From Basidiobolus meristosporus CBS 931.73 (taxonomy: Eukaryota; Fungi; Basidiobolomycota): a DNA stretch of 64,000 nucleotides. Positions 1 through 10,681 of the stretch are shown piece by piece. The stretch's first letter is position 1; each line of letters opens with the position of its first letter. Below the pieces are notes generated by a model that did no database searches, was not told where the DNA came from, and was given only the letters and a program-made list of their open reading frames with translations. The position numbers and the translations under genes were made by a program. The stretch covers positions 62,001 through 126,000 of the forward strand of contig MCFE01000116.1 in NCBI GenBank assembly GCA_002104905.1, read 5' to 3'.

Positions 1-714
1 TTGTATAGACTTAAGCAGGCACCTAGAGCATGGTATAACAGAATTGACACATATCTAGAGGAAGTTGGGTTTGTTTGTACCACTGCTTGTCACAGAAATA
101 TATGTCAAACCACTCAAAAAAGGTCTAATTATCCTAGTTCTGTATGTGGACAACCTAATAATAGCTACTGATGATCAGGAGGAACTTAAACAGACAAAAT
201 CAGGTCTCTTCAGCAAGTTTGAGATGAAAGATCTTGGAAAATTGAGATATTTTCTTAGAATTGAAGTGAATTCTGACATACCTAAACAGAAAGTTGTGCT
301 GAATCGGTCCAAGTACATCAGCAACAATCTTAGATGCTCCCAAATGGAAAATGGCTAGCCTGCAGCTACCCAGATGGACAATAATCTAAAATTGAGTAAA
401 TCTTAGCAAGTTTTAAGTGAAAACATCTCAAATATAGACTAGAACTTTCCTTGTGAATTAATGGTTGGTAGTCTGATGTACTTGATGGTGTCTACATGTC
501 CTGATATTGCAATGGCAGTTGGAAAAGAAAGTCAGTTTATGCAGAATTATGGATCCAATCAAATTACAGCAGTTAAGCCTATTTTAAGATATCTACAAGG
601 TACCATGGATATGGTACTGCAATTCTCTGGAGAAGCTAATAAGCTGAAATTCAATAGTTATAGTGATTCAGATTGGGATGGGGATCTAATTGAAAGTTGC
701 TCTACTGTTGAGTA

Positions 715-1083
715 TGTTGAAATATTAGACTATTTGGTATCATTCTGCAGCTAAAAATTTACTTAACAATTCTGGACTAGTCTTGGTCACTGTTGGACTA
801 AGTTACAGCTCTAACTTTGCCCCTTTCTTCAGATCTATGATCTTATGATTAATCCCCTATAGTCAGGATCAAATCAGCACTAATACTCTCTATTATGTAC
901 TAGCCCTGAAACAGTTACAGAATGCTCCTGAATATTGAGAAACCCTCCTTTCTTAGTGCTACAGCTGTATTACTTCTACAAAGGTATAAATACTGAGCTT
1001 CTTTATTAATAAACAACAGATCAGCTATTATCACTATTTCTTGATAGGTTACTTATATTCAAATCACTTCTTAAATTGCAAAA
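715..1083 (+). repeat. Solo LTR of the same copia family, inserted in the RNase H region
   Basis: Clearly homologous to 1504-1866. TGTTG...CAAAA ends, flanked by GAGTA/GGGTA (4/5 TSD match). Removing it restores S-T-V-G-Y-V-F. Confidence 0.85.
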
Positions 1084-1503
1084 GGGTATGTATTTCTTTA
1101 TGTTAGTACTTCTATTACTTGGAACTGCAAGAAACAACCAACTGTGGCCCTATCTATAGCTGAAGCTGAATATATGGCTGCTTGCAAAGCAACTAAGGAG
1201 GCTATATGGCTATGGAAATTATTCAGAGACTGAGGCTTCAATTCAGATGAACCAACATGTATTTAAAAAATAATCAGAGCTGTATTGCAATAGCTAGGAA
1301 TTCTACTAATCATGCCAGAACTAAGCACATAGTATTACAACACCACTTTGTTAGGGAAGCTGTAGAAAATAACTTAGTAGAGTTAACTTACTGTCCAACT
1401 GACAAAATGGTGGCAAATATATTGATGAAACACCTAGCTAGACCACAATTTGAGATATCTCTGAGAGAAATCAGGATTAAGAAATTATTCAGTTGAGGGG
1501 GAG

Positions 1504-1866
1504 TGTTGAAATACTGGACTATTTGGTATCATTCAGCAGCTAAAAACTTAACATATCTAGACTAGTCATGGTCACTGTAGGACTTATTGGCAGCCCTAAC
1601 CTTGCCAGTTTCTTCACATCAATGATCCTATGATTATTCCCCTGCAGTGAAGATCAAATTAACACTTTTTACCAAACATTCTGTACTAACCCTGTAGCTG
1701 TTACAAAATGCTCCTGAATGTTAAGAAACCCTCCTTACTAAGTGTGGCAGCTGTGTTACTTCTACAAAGGTATAAATTCTGATCCTCTTTATGAACTAAT
1801 GACAGTTTGACTAATATCACTGTATCTTGATAAATTCCTTATATTCAAATCACTACTTAAATTGCA
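1504..1866 (+). repeat. 3' LTR of copia remnant (last ~3 nt missing)
   Basis: Follows the PPT, starts TGTTGAAAT, matches 715-1080 and ends ...TTAAATTGCA directly against the tandem array. Confidence 0.85.
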
Positions 1867-3050
1867 CGCGCGTAAGTTGGTTTTTGGCTCGAATTTGGGT
1901 TTAAAAAAAATATTTACGCTTGAAAGTTTTAAAAATTTTGTTTATGAGTATAGGATTAACAGCAAAAGAGTTTAGTCCGAGATTTGTCGAATATTTACGC
2001 GCGTAAGTTGGTTCATAGGTTTAATTTGGATTTAAAAAAAAATATTTGCGCTTGAAAGTTTTTTAAATTTTGTTTATAAGTAGAAGATTAACAACAAAAG
2101 AGTTTAGTCCGAGATTTGTCAAAATTTACGCGCGTAAGTTGGTTATTAGCTCCAATGTGGATTAAAAAATAAAAAGATATATTTACGCTTTAAGAATATT
2201 TTGGTTTATAAGTATAGGATTAACAGCCAAAGGGTTTGGTCCGAGATTTGTCAAAATTTACGCGCGTAAGTTGGTTCATGGGTTTAAATTTGGATTAAAA
2301 AATAAAAAGATATATTTACGTTAAATATTTTGGTTTATAAGTATAGGATTAGCAACCATATAGGTTTGGTCAAACGTTTATCCAAATTTTACGCGCGTAA
2401 GTTGTTTTTTAACTCCGATTTGGGTTTAAAAAAAATATTTGCGTTATAAAAGTTTTTTAAATTTGTTTATAAGTAGAAGATTAGCAACCAAATAATTGGG
2501 TCAAATTTTCCCGCGCATAAGTTGGTTATTAGGATGAATTTGGGTTTAAAAAAAATATTTACGTTTTAAGAGTTTTTAAAATTTGGTTTACAAGTATAGG
2601 ATTAGCAATTAAATAATTGGGTCAAATTTTTACGCGCGTAAGTTGGTTTAGAACTTGAATTCGGGTTAAAAAAAAAATATTTACGTTTTAAGATTTTTTT
2701 AATCTGTTTATAAGTATAGGATTAGCAATTAAATAATCGGGCCAAAAATTTACGCGCGTAAGTTGGTTATTAGGATGAATTTGGATTTAAAAAATAAAAA
2801 GATATATTTACGCTTTAAGAATTTTTAAATTTGTTTGTAAATATAGAATTAGTAAACGAAAAGGGTTTTTCGAAATAAAATCCCAAAGTTTGTAAAAATT
2901 TACGCGCGTAAGTTGGTTTAGAACTTGAATTTGGGTTTAGAATTAAAAACAAAAAGACTTTCAAGACGATTAAAAACTTTATAAGTATAGGATCAACAAC
3001 CAAAAGGTTTAATTTAACATTTGTGAAATAGTTACGCGCGTAAGTTGCTT
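1867..3050. repeat. Tandem array of ~120-150 bp units, each with the 12-bp palindrome TTACGCGCGTAA
   Basis: About ten cores at ~1867 (truncated), 1995, 2125, 2257, 2389, 2510 (variant), 2630, 2749, 2899 and 3032, with AT-rich spacers. Confidence 0.92.
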
Positions 3051-3159
3051 TTTAATATGATTTTGGGTTGAGGATTAAAAAAAGATATCTTCAAGCCGAT
3101 TTTAAAATTTGTTGTAAGTGTAGGATTAACATACTTAAAGGGTTATTCGAGGTTAAATT

Positions 3160-5080
3160 CCAAAGTCTCCAAAAGTTTTTTCGTCAAACAAAAAAAATAT
3201 CTAAGATAAAAAGTTTCCAAAAGTATTCTTGCAAAAAGTTTTAAACCAAAATTTGTATATAAGATAAAAAGTTTCCAAAAGTATTTTCGTCAAACAAAAA
3301 ATTATATCCGAGAGAAAAAAGTTTCTAAAAAAATATTTACGTGAATCAGATTTTGTATAAGATGCATGGCGTTAGTTATACAAATAAGATGGTGGCAGTT
3401 GGAAGAGAAAAAGAGTTTTTAAAAAATATTTTTGCCAGAAGTTTTAAAAATAAAATTTTGTATAAGATGTATGGCGTTGATTATACAACTAGGATGTTGG
3501 CGGTTGGAAGAGAAAAAAGTTTTAAAAAATATTTTCGCGAATCAGATTTTGTATATGATGGGTGTCGTTAGTTATACAAATAAGATGTTGGCGGTTGGAA
3601 GAGAAAAAAGTTTAAAAAAATATTTTTGCGAATCAGATTTTGTATATGATGGGTGTCGTTAGTTATACAAATAAGATGTTGGCGGTTGGAAGAGAAAAAA
3701 GTTTTAAAAAATATTTACGTGAATCAGATTTTGTATAAGATGGATAGCGCTGTTGCTACAATTATGATGTTGGCGGTTGAAAGGAAAAAAAGTTTTTAAA
3801 AATATTTTCGCGAATCAGATTTGTTAGAGTTAATATGTCGTTGTTGCCACAACTAGCTGGTTGACAGTTGGAAGAAAAAAAAGTTTTAAAAAATATTTTT
3901 GCCAAAAGTTTTCTTCACGAAGTTAAAAAGATATATTTTTATATAGGGTGTGTTATAAATGCAGGAATTAGGATGGTGGACATTCGGAAAATAAAAAAGT
4001 TTAAAAAAGTTTTCTTCACGAAGTTAAAAGATATATTTTTGTATATAGGATGTGTTATAAATGCTGCAACTAGGGTTGGAACGTTTGAAAAATAAAGAGT
4101 TAAAAAAATTTATTCGCCAACCAGAGATTTTATAGGATGAACATCATAGTTTACACAATTAGGAGGCTGACATAGGTAATTAAAAAGTTTAAACAAAGCT
4201 TGAAAGATATATTTTTATATGATGAACATCATAGTTTACACAATTGGGATGTTGACACAGGTAATTAAAAAGTTTTAGCAAAGCTTGAAGATATTTTTAT
4301 ACGATGAACATCATAGTTTACACAATTAGGAGGCGGATATCGGTAATTAAAAAGTTTTAACAAAGCTTGAAAGATATTTTTTTATACGTAGGATGTCATA
4401 AGTGCAGAAACTGGGGTTAAAACGTTCGACAAACAAAAAGTTTCCCAAAAAGTTTTTCCAAAAAGTTTGGCTAGAGCAAAAAAAGGTTCAGAAGAGTTTA
4501 GTTGCAAGTAAAAAAGTATGTACGTAGGATATCATAAGTGCAGGAATTAGGGTTGGGACGTTCGACAAACAAAAAGTTTCCCAAAAAGTTTTTCCAAAAA
4601 GTTTTTCCAAAAAGTTTGGCTAGAGCAAAAAAAAGGTCCAGAAAAGTTTAGTCGCAAGTAAAAAAGTATGTACGTAGGATGTCATAAGTGCAGAAACTGG
4701 GGTTAAAACGTTCGACAAACAAAAAGTTTCCCAAAAAGTTTTTCCAAAAAGTTGTTCCAAAAAGTTTGGCTAGAGCAAAAAAAGGTTCAGAGAAGTTTAG
4801 TCGCAAGTAAAAAAGTATGTACGTAGGATGTCATAAGTGCAGGAATTAGGGTTGGGACGTTCGACAAACAAAAAAGTTTCCCAAAAAGTTTTTCCAAAAA
4901 GTTGTTCCAAAAAGTTTGGCTAGAGCAAAAAAAGGTTCAGAGAAGTTTAGTCGCAAGTAAAAAAAAAGGTTTATATATAAATGTCATAAGTGCAGGAATT
5001 AGGGTTGGGACGTTCGACAAACAAAAAAGTTTCCCAAAAAGTTTGGCTAGAACAAAAAAAAGTTTTAAAAAAATATTTCG
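3160..5080. repeat. Series of distinct AT-rich tandem repeat families
   Basis: AAAAGTTTCCAAAA repeats (~3170-3340); GAATCAGATTTTGTATA...GTTGGCGGTTGGAAGAG units (~3340-3850); ATGAACATCATAGTTTACACAATT x3 (~4135-4330); ~135-150 bp TACGTAGGAT...ACGTTCGACAAAC units (~4385-5060). The short ORFs here are repeat read-throughs. Confidence 0.88.
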
Positions 5081-5098
5081 CCAAACAGATGTAAAAAA

Positions 5099-7714
5099 TT
5101 ATTTTAATTTCATACTGATATTCATAGAAGCCATAATGTGAGAGAACGATATCAACGAATGGGAAACTTCTTTATTTATAGTTTGTCCGTTGCAAACAGG
5201 ACACGACAGATGTGAGATCGGGAGCATTATTTCACAACTTTCACACCACCCAACCTTTTCCATATCGCTTTGCGCAATAATATTATGCATTGTATCTGAG
5301 GCACCATGGGCAATCAAACAATCCATTTCCATTTCTCCGAATCTTAAACCGCCACCTTTGGATCTTCCTGAGACAGGTTGGCCACTAAAAGAACTTCTTG
5401 GACCAGAAGGAATTCGGACGTGAATTTTGTCCTTAACCTGATGCTTAAGCGCTAAATAATACACGACTCCAACAGAGACAGGTTCTTGTATCATATTACC
5501 GTACATTCCGTTGTACACATACTCGGCATCATCCTTGAAATTAAATATATCCTCATCAGCCGTAAATGGCGTTCCATCTTTCGTATATCCATGTATAGAA
5601 CAATCTTTACCAACCAAACCTTCCAAAAGTTGCCCAATCGTCATACGTCCAGGAATAGCATGCGGATTAATAATTATATCAGGCACGATACCATCTTCCG
5701 TAAATGGCAAATTTTCCTGTGGCAGAATAATCGTGACGACACCTTTCTGCGCATGTCTAGAAGCAACTTTGTCACCAACTTCGATGTATTTATGAAAATT
5801 GGTGATAACCTTGACGTGCCGGCGTTTAGAATGTGAGACCTCGGTGACCCTACCTTTATCACATTTGACGACCCGAATTTTCTTTTCGGTAATTCCATCA
5901 ACTACGGTACATAATAGGTCACCATCTTCCAGTACGCCACCAACCTTTGGAATACCATTTACATATTTAGTTTCATCAAACATTTCCCCGGTTACAATAA
6001 TTTCAGATTCGTCACCCAAAAGTTCACAAACGTTGACATGTCGGGTAAAAGATCGAAACAAACCGCGGTCAACGGCAGATTTGGAAATAATAACACCATC
6101 TTCTTGGTTATATCCGGTATAAGATTGTATCATCACGACCAAATTAACCCCGTTGGGTTGTTCGTCCATTTTTAATAGATCATAAACAAATGTATCGACC
6201 AATGGCACCTGGGCATATTCCAAAAAGTTTGTATCACCAGAAGTAATGGTAGAAGGGGAGTAAAGTTGCATACCTTGTTTGATCATGGCAGAAGCAAAGA
6301 CATTACGCGCAGACTGGTTGTGGTTGGCATAGGGGACCATAGAGGCAGGAATACCCATCATAACCCAGGGGTGAATTTCCATGTGAGTATACGTAGGATG
6401 GTGTCCATGATATCCGATGTCACCCAGGGTGATCTGGGATTGTTCATCAGGATCGACGAATTCTATCTTGCCAGTTTCTAAAAGAGAATCCCAGGAGAGA
6501 GAATTTAATTCGTTCCAATCTATAGGTGTGCCAGAGAGTTTAAAAAGTGGTCTCATAAATCGGCCGGAAGAAGTTTTGATGTAAATAATTCTGGGGATGG
6601 GTTTGTAATAGAGGACAGAGATCATGGGATGAATTTGTTTGAGTGTGTTTCGAAGATGTGCCAAGGTGCCACCATAAAAGCCGATGATGTACCCGTCTAA
6701 GAGGACAGGATGTTTGACGTCACAATCGTCGTAGGATAAATTATTTTTTAACCAAGTTTGAGCTTCGAAAAATTTTTCATCGGAGATGGTAGAGAGCAAA
6801 CAAGTGAGGGCGAGATGTTTGATAATACCGACGTTTTTGCCTTCGGGGGTTTCGCAGAGACAGACGTAACCCAACTGGCTGGGGTGAATGGCTCGCATGT
6901 GAATGTTAGAAGTGTTTTCGTCACAGGGGACGATAATTTTGCGAACCATGGAGAGTTCGTCGATGGTGGATTTGCGCGAGACCAAGTTAACCATTTTGGA
7001 ATAGATTTTGCCGTGTATAATTTGTTGACCTTCTTTAAGCATGGTAAAGAGTTCATCCTCCAAAAAAGTTTGCAGACGACTTTCGGTGTCAGAGAGTTTG
7101 ATGGCACGAGATAAGATTTGGTCTAAAAGGATATTGGAAGATTTGCCGAGTTTGTTACCATAATCATCACGATCCATGGGTTGGAGAAGATCCATAGAGG
7201 TCATAAGGGCGAGATAAGATAACAGGCCGAGGGTATAGACGACGCTATATTTATCTTGCATGGGGAAATATTTGGATTCTAGAACGTGTAGATCTTCGGG
7301 GGAGATGGTGTTTTCAGATTCGGTCATGGAGGCCAAGAAGATGGTGGAGAAAGTATTTACGTGAGAACGGTTGGCGACGAGGAGGGCGAGTATTTCGTAA
7401 ATTTTACCGAAGTCGAAACCGAGATTGTTCATGATCCAATAGACGGACAAGCGCTTAACACCATTAAGATCTTTGTGGGTGGAGGAGACGTCTAGATAAA
7501 GGTCAACGGAATTTTTAACGCAGACACGTAATGGGAGAAGGGAGCCCCGGAAGCGGGTTTCGCAGGAGACGACATTATCAGCGGCGGAGACGTAGGGGAT
7601 AAAGATGTTGCGTAATTCTTGAATAAGGGGGACACGTTCGATGCCATCGATGATGTAGTATCCTCTGTGGTTAATAAGGGGGAGTTTGCAGACGAGTCGG
7701 CTGTTGTGGTGCAT
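5099..7714 (-). CDS. rpb2: DNA-directed RNA polymerase second-largest subunit (RPB2-like), intronless and divergent, probably from a large DNA virus
   Basis: Motifs GYYIIDGIERVPLIQE, CETPEGKNVGIIKHL, HNQSARNVFASAMIKQ, GYNQEDG, GDKVASRHAQKGVV, PDIIINPHAIPGRMTIGQLLE, GLRFGEMEMDCLIAHGA and a C-terminal CxxC...CxxC. Family identity is certain from the motifs; viral origin is inferred. Confidence 0.93.
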   Translation of the reverse strand: MHHNSRLVCKLPLINHRGYYIIDGIERVPLIQELRNIFIPYVSAADNVVSCETRFRGSLLPLRVCVKNSVDLYLDVSSTHKDLNGVKRLSVYWIMNNLGFDFGKIYEILALLVANRSHVNTFSTIFLASMTESENTISPEDLHVLESKYFPMQDKYSVVYTLGLLSYLALMTSMDLLQPMDRDDYGNKLGKSSNILLDQILSRAIKLSDTESRLQTFLEDELFTMLKEGQQIIHGKIYSKMVNLVSRKSTIDELSMVRKIIVPCDENTSNIHMRAIHPSQLGYVCLCETPEGKNVGIIKHLALTCLLSTISDEKFFEAQTWLKNNLSYDDCDVKHPVLLDGYIIGFYGGTLAHLRNTLKQIHPMISVLYYKPIPRIIYIKTSSGRFMRPLFKLSGTPIDWNELNSLSWDSLLETGKIEFVDPDEQSQITLGDIGYHGHHPTYTHMEIHPWVMMGIPASMVPYANHNQSARNVFASAMIKQGMQLYSPSTITSGDTNFLEYAQVPLVDTFVYDLLKMDEQPNGVNLVVMIQSYTGYNQEDGVIISKSAVDRGLFRSFTRHVNVCELLGDESEIIVTGEMFDETKYVNGIPKVGGVLEDGDLLCTVVDGITEKKIRVVKCDKGRVTEVSHSKRRHVKVITNFHKYIEVGDKVASRHAQKGVVTIILPQENLPFTEDGIVPDIIINPHAIPGRMTIGQLLEGLVGKDCSIHGYTKDGTPFTADEDIFNFKDDAEYVYNGMYGNMIQEPVSVGVVYYLALKHQVKDKIHVRIPSGPRSSFSGQPVSGRSKGGGLRFGEMEMDCLIAHGASDTMHNIIAQSDMEKVGWCESCEIMLPISHLSCPVCNGQTINKEVSHSLISFSHIMASMNISMKLK

Positions 7715-7930
7715 GTAATGTCCTTCGTAAGTTATACGTTAAACGATTGCATCATCGGGGTGAATTTTAGGGGGGATAAATTTTATGTCATGACCAAATT
7801 TTTCCTTGAGCTTAGATTCGAATTTTTGTAAGACGTAAGTGTGGGAGTGGGAGATGTTAGCATCGAAACCATATTTGTCGAAAAATTTTTGTAGGATGTT
7901 GGTACGGGCGTGGAAGAGAGAGTGGTGCAT
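7715..7930 (-). pseudogene. N-terminal portion of the same RPB2-like gene, separated by one in-frame TAA (7739-7741)
   Basis: Reads ...HPDDAIV*RITYEGHY-MHHNSR in one frame, matching RPB2 P-x-EARLRNLTY. ILQKFFDKYG resembles the RPB2 N-terminal helix. ATG at 7930. Confidence 0.8.
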
Positions 7931-8072
7931 GATAACCTGATGGATATGAGTGGTAGAACAAGGAGGGAGAGCCGAGATATAATTCAAAGTAATAACATCA
8001 AATGTAATGAGTTGAAAAGGATAAAATTAAACCTGGACTTATCTTGGTTTCGTACAGTAAATACAAACTATC

Positions 8073-8702
8073 ATGTTACCAAAGATCCAATCCATTAACT
8101 GGGTGACACCAGAATCGTTTGATGAGTCTAAGATATTTTTGTCGGAGGCAGTAGCGACAGGTGGGCCCTACATGCGTAGATCTGTGATGTATACGTACGA
8201 AGGATATACCGAGCCAAAAGATTTGTGTGTTACGACATTAAGGAATCAGGAAGGGTTAATTTTTTGCAAGGGGGTAGAGAAGGAGAAATTTGGACAGGGA
8301 GAGAAGAGGGTAGAGACGAACCATACGACGGCGATGTTTACGTTAAAGGGGGACAATCCGTATCACGTAGAGTTGTATAAGATGTTGGGGGTAGTGTTGA
8401 AGAAGGTGTCAGATGAGTCGGGGATAAGTGTGGATAACATAAAGGTACCGATAGTGGATTTGGATGATAAATCGTTGTTGTATGCGAGATTAATACAATC
8501 AAACGATGGGACGATTTATAGTGCGGCGTATACGAATCAGAAGCAGATGGATATACGTGAGATAAGCAATGCGATGACGAGACCGGCGCTTATATTTACG
8601 TTAACGTATAAGGACAAGAGCCAGGGAAGGCTTAGAATACAGTTAAGTCAGATGTTTGTCGATAGGATTATAGAATCTTTTCCGTTGGCGAATAGGGATT
8701 AG
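8073..8702 (+). CDS. DUF2738-like protein (putative OB-fold ssDNA-binding protein of nucleocytoplasmic large DNA viruses)
   Basis: Intact, intronless 209-aa ORF. Segments FDESKIFLSE, IFCKGVE, LYARLIQS and RLRIQLSQMFV resemble, from memory, iridovirus/marseillevirus DUF2738 proteins. Needs HMM confirmation. Confidence 0.6.
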   Translation: MLPKIQSINWVTPESFDESKIFLSEAVATGGPYMRRSVMYTYEGYTEPKDLCVTTLRNQEGLIFCKGVEKEKFGQGEKRVETNHTTAMFTLKGDNPYHVELYKMLGVVLKKVSDESGISVDNIKVPIVDLDDKSLLYARLIQSNDGTIYSAAYTNQKQMDIREISNAMTRPALIFTLTYKDKSQGRLRIQLSQMFVDRIIESFPLANRD

Positions 8703-8764
8703 GGTGAAGGGGGGTAGCGTGAGTATAAACTTTGAGATAAAAGTTATATTTTGTGAAGGATGGG

Positions 8765-8899
8765 AGAAATAAAAATAAATATTCATGCGAGAGATTTTTA
8801 AAAGGGTTTTTAAGTTAACGTGGGGGAGGGTAAGAAATAAAAATAAATATTCATGCGAGAGATTTTAAAAAGGGTTTTTAAGTTAACGTGGGGGAGGGT
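8765..8899. repeat. Two-copy ~68 bp direct repeat
   Basis: AGAAATAAAAATAAATATTCATGCGAGAG...GTTAACGTGGGGGAGGG at 8765 and 8833. Confidence 0.9.
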
Positions 8900-8939
8900 G
8901 AGAAAGATTCAGGGGATGTAGACAAGGGTTCAAAGGGTG

Positions 8940-10548
8940 GGAACTAAGATAGGATTAGCGAGAAAAAATGGGGATTTATTAATAAAATAATATTTTGCAT
9001 AGGACAAAACAAGGATTAATGCAAGATTGGTTAACAATCTTAACGATTTTCAAATTTGGCAATTAAGATAGGATTAGCGAGAAAAAATTCGAATTTATTA
9101 ATAAAATAATATTTTGCATCAGACAAAATAAGGATTAGTGCGAAATATGCTTTTGATTTAAACAATTTTTCAAATTTGGCAATTAGTACAGGATTAGCAA
9201 AAAATTTTCGAATTTATTTGCGAAATTAATATTTTGCACCAAACAAAAATTGGATTAGTGTGAAATTGGTTAACGATTTAAACGATTTTCCAAATTTGGC
9301 AACTAATATCGGATTAACGAATTTTTTCGGAATTTATTGGAAAATTAATTTTTTGCACTAGACAAAATAAGAATTAATGCGAAAATGGTTAACGATTTAA
9401 ACGATTTTTCAAATTTGGCAACTAGTACAGGATTAGCGAAAAATTTTCGAATTTTTTGGAGAATTAATATTTTGCACCAGACAAATTGTGGATTAGTGCG
9501 AAATGTGTTATCGATCTTGACAATTTTCCAAATTTGGCAACTAGTACCGGATTAGCGAAAAATTTTCGAATTTTTTGGGGAATTAATATTTTGCACCAGA
9601 CAAAATAAGAATTAATACGAAATTGGTTAACGATCTTAACGATTTTTCAAATTTGGCAACTAGTACCGGATTAGCGAAATTTTTTCGAATTTATTAATAA
9701 ATTAATATTTTGCATTAAACAAAATAAGGATTAATGCGAGATTGGTTAACAATTCGAACGATTTTTCAAATTTGGCAACTAGTACCGGATTAGCGAAAAA
9801 TTTTCGAATTTTTTGGGGAATTAATATTTTGCACCAGACAAAATAAGGATTAATACGAAATGTGTTATCGATCTTAACGATTTTTCAAATTTGGCAACTA
9901 GTACCGGATTAGCGAAAAATTTTCGATCTTTTTGGAGAATTAATTTTTTGCACCAGACAAAATGTGGATTAGTACGAAATGTGTTAACGATCTCAACGAT
10001 TTTTCAAATTTGGCAACTAGTACCGGATTAGCGAAAAATTTTCGAATTTTTTGGGAAATTAATTTTTTGCACCAGACAAAATAAGGATTAATACGAAATT
10101 GGTTAACGATCTCAACGATTTTTCAAATTTGGCAACTAGTACCGGATTAGCGAAAAATTTTCGAATTTTTTGGGAAATTAATTTTTTGCACCAGACAAAA
10201 TGTGGATTAGTACGAAATGTGTTATCGATCTCAACGATTTTTCAAATTTGGCAACTAGTACCGGATTAGCGAAAAATTTTCGAATTTTTTGGAAAATTAA
10301 TTTTTTGCACCAGACAAATTGTGGATTAGTGCGAAATGTGTTATCGATTTTGACGATTTTTCAAATTTGGCAACTAGTACCGGATTAGCGAAAAATTTTC
10401 GATCTTTTTACGAAAATTAATTTTTTGCACCAGACAAAATGTGGATTAGTGCGAAATGTGTTATCGATCATGTCGATTTTTCAAATTTGGCAACTAGTAC
10501 CGGATTAGCGAAAAATTTTCGAATTTTATTTGGAATTAATTTTTTGGA
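8940..10548. repeat. Tandem array of ~13 x 120 bp units
   Basis: CAAATTTGGCAACTAGTACCGGATTAGCGAAAAATTTTCG recurs every ~120 bp. Units become more homogeneous toward 10.5 kb and the array ends mid-unit. Confidence 0.95.
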
Positions 10549-10681
10549 TCAATCTGGACAATGTTGCTTGTGGTCTGTATTCTTCCTCCTGAAGCTCACC
10601 ATCTGATTCCTCAAGGTATTCACTTACCATCTGTCTGATACTTTGGAGCTGTTGCCTGGATGAGTCCTGTGTATATTGCTC

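Larger units (their letters stand above)
1..1866 (+). mobile_element. Degenerate Ty1/copia LTR retrotransposon, 3' part (RT, RNase H, PPT, 3' LTR)
   Basis: Fragmented ORFs carry copia motifs LYVDNLII, FEMKDLG, YSDSDW, ALSIAEAEYMAA and RTKHIVLQHHFVRE. The polypurine tract GAGGGGGAG precedes TGTTG at 1504. Multiple stops and frameshifts. Confidence 0.93.

Noticed and set aside
2815-5141. Short K/F-rich ORFs in the left repeat arrays, and 10200-10388 in the right array
   Set aside because: Translations of AT-rich tandem repeats with no coding signature.
5099-7714. Host nuclear RPB2 gene
   Set aside because: Too short and divergent, intronless, carries an in-frame stop, and lies in a repeat/TE context next to a DUF2738-like ORF. 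Phylogeny is still needed for a final answer.
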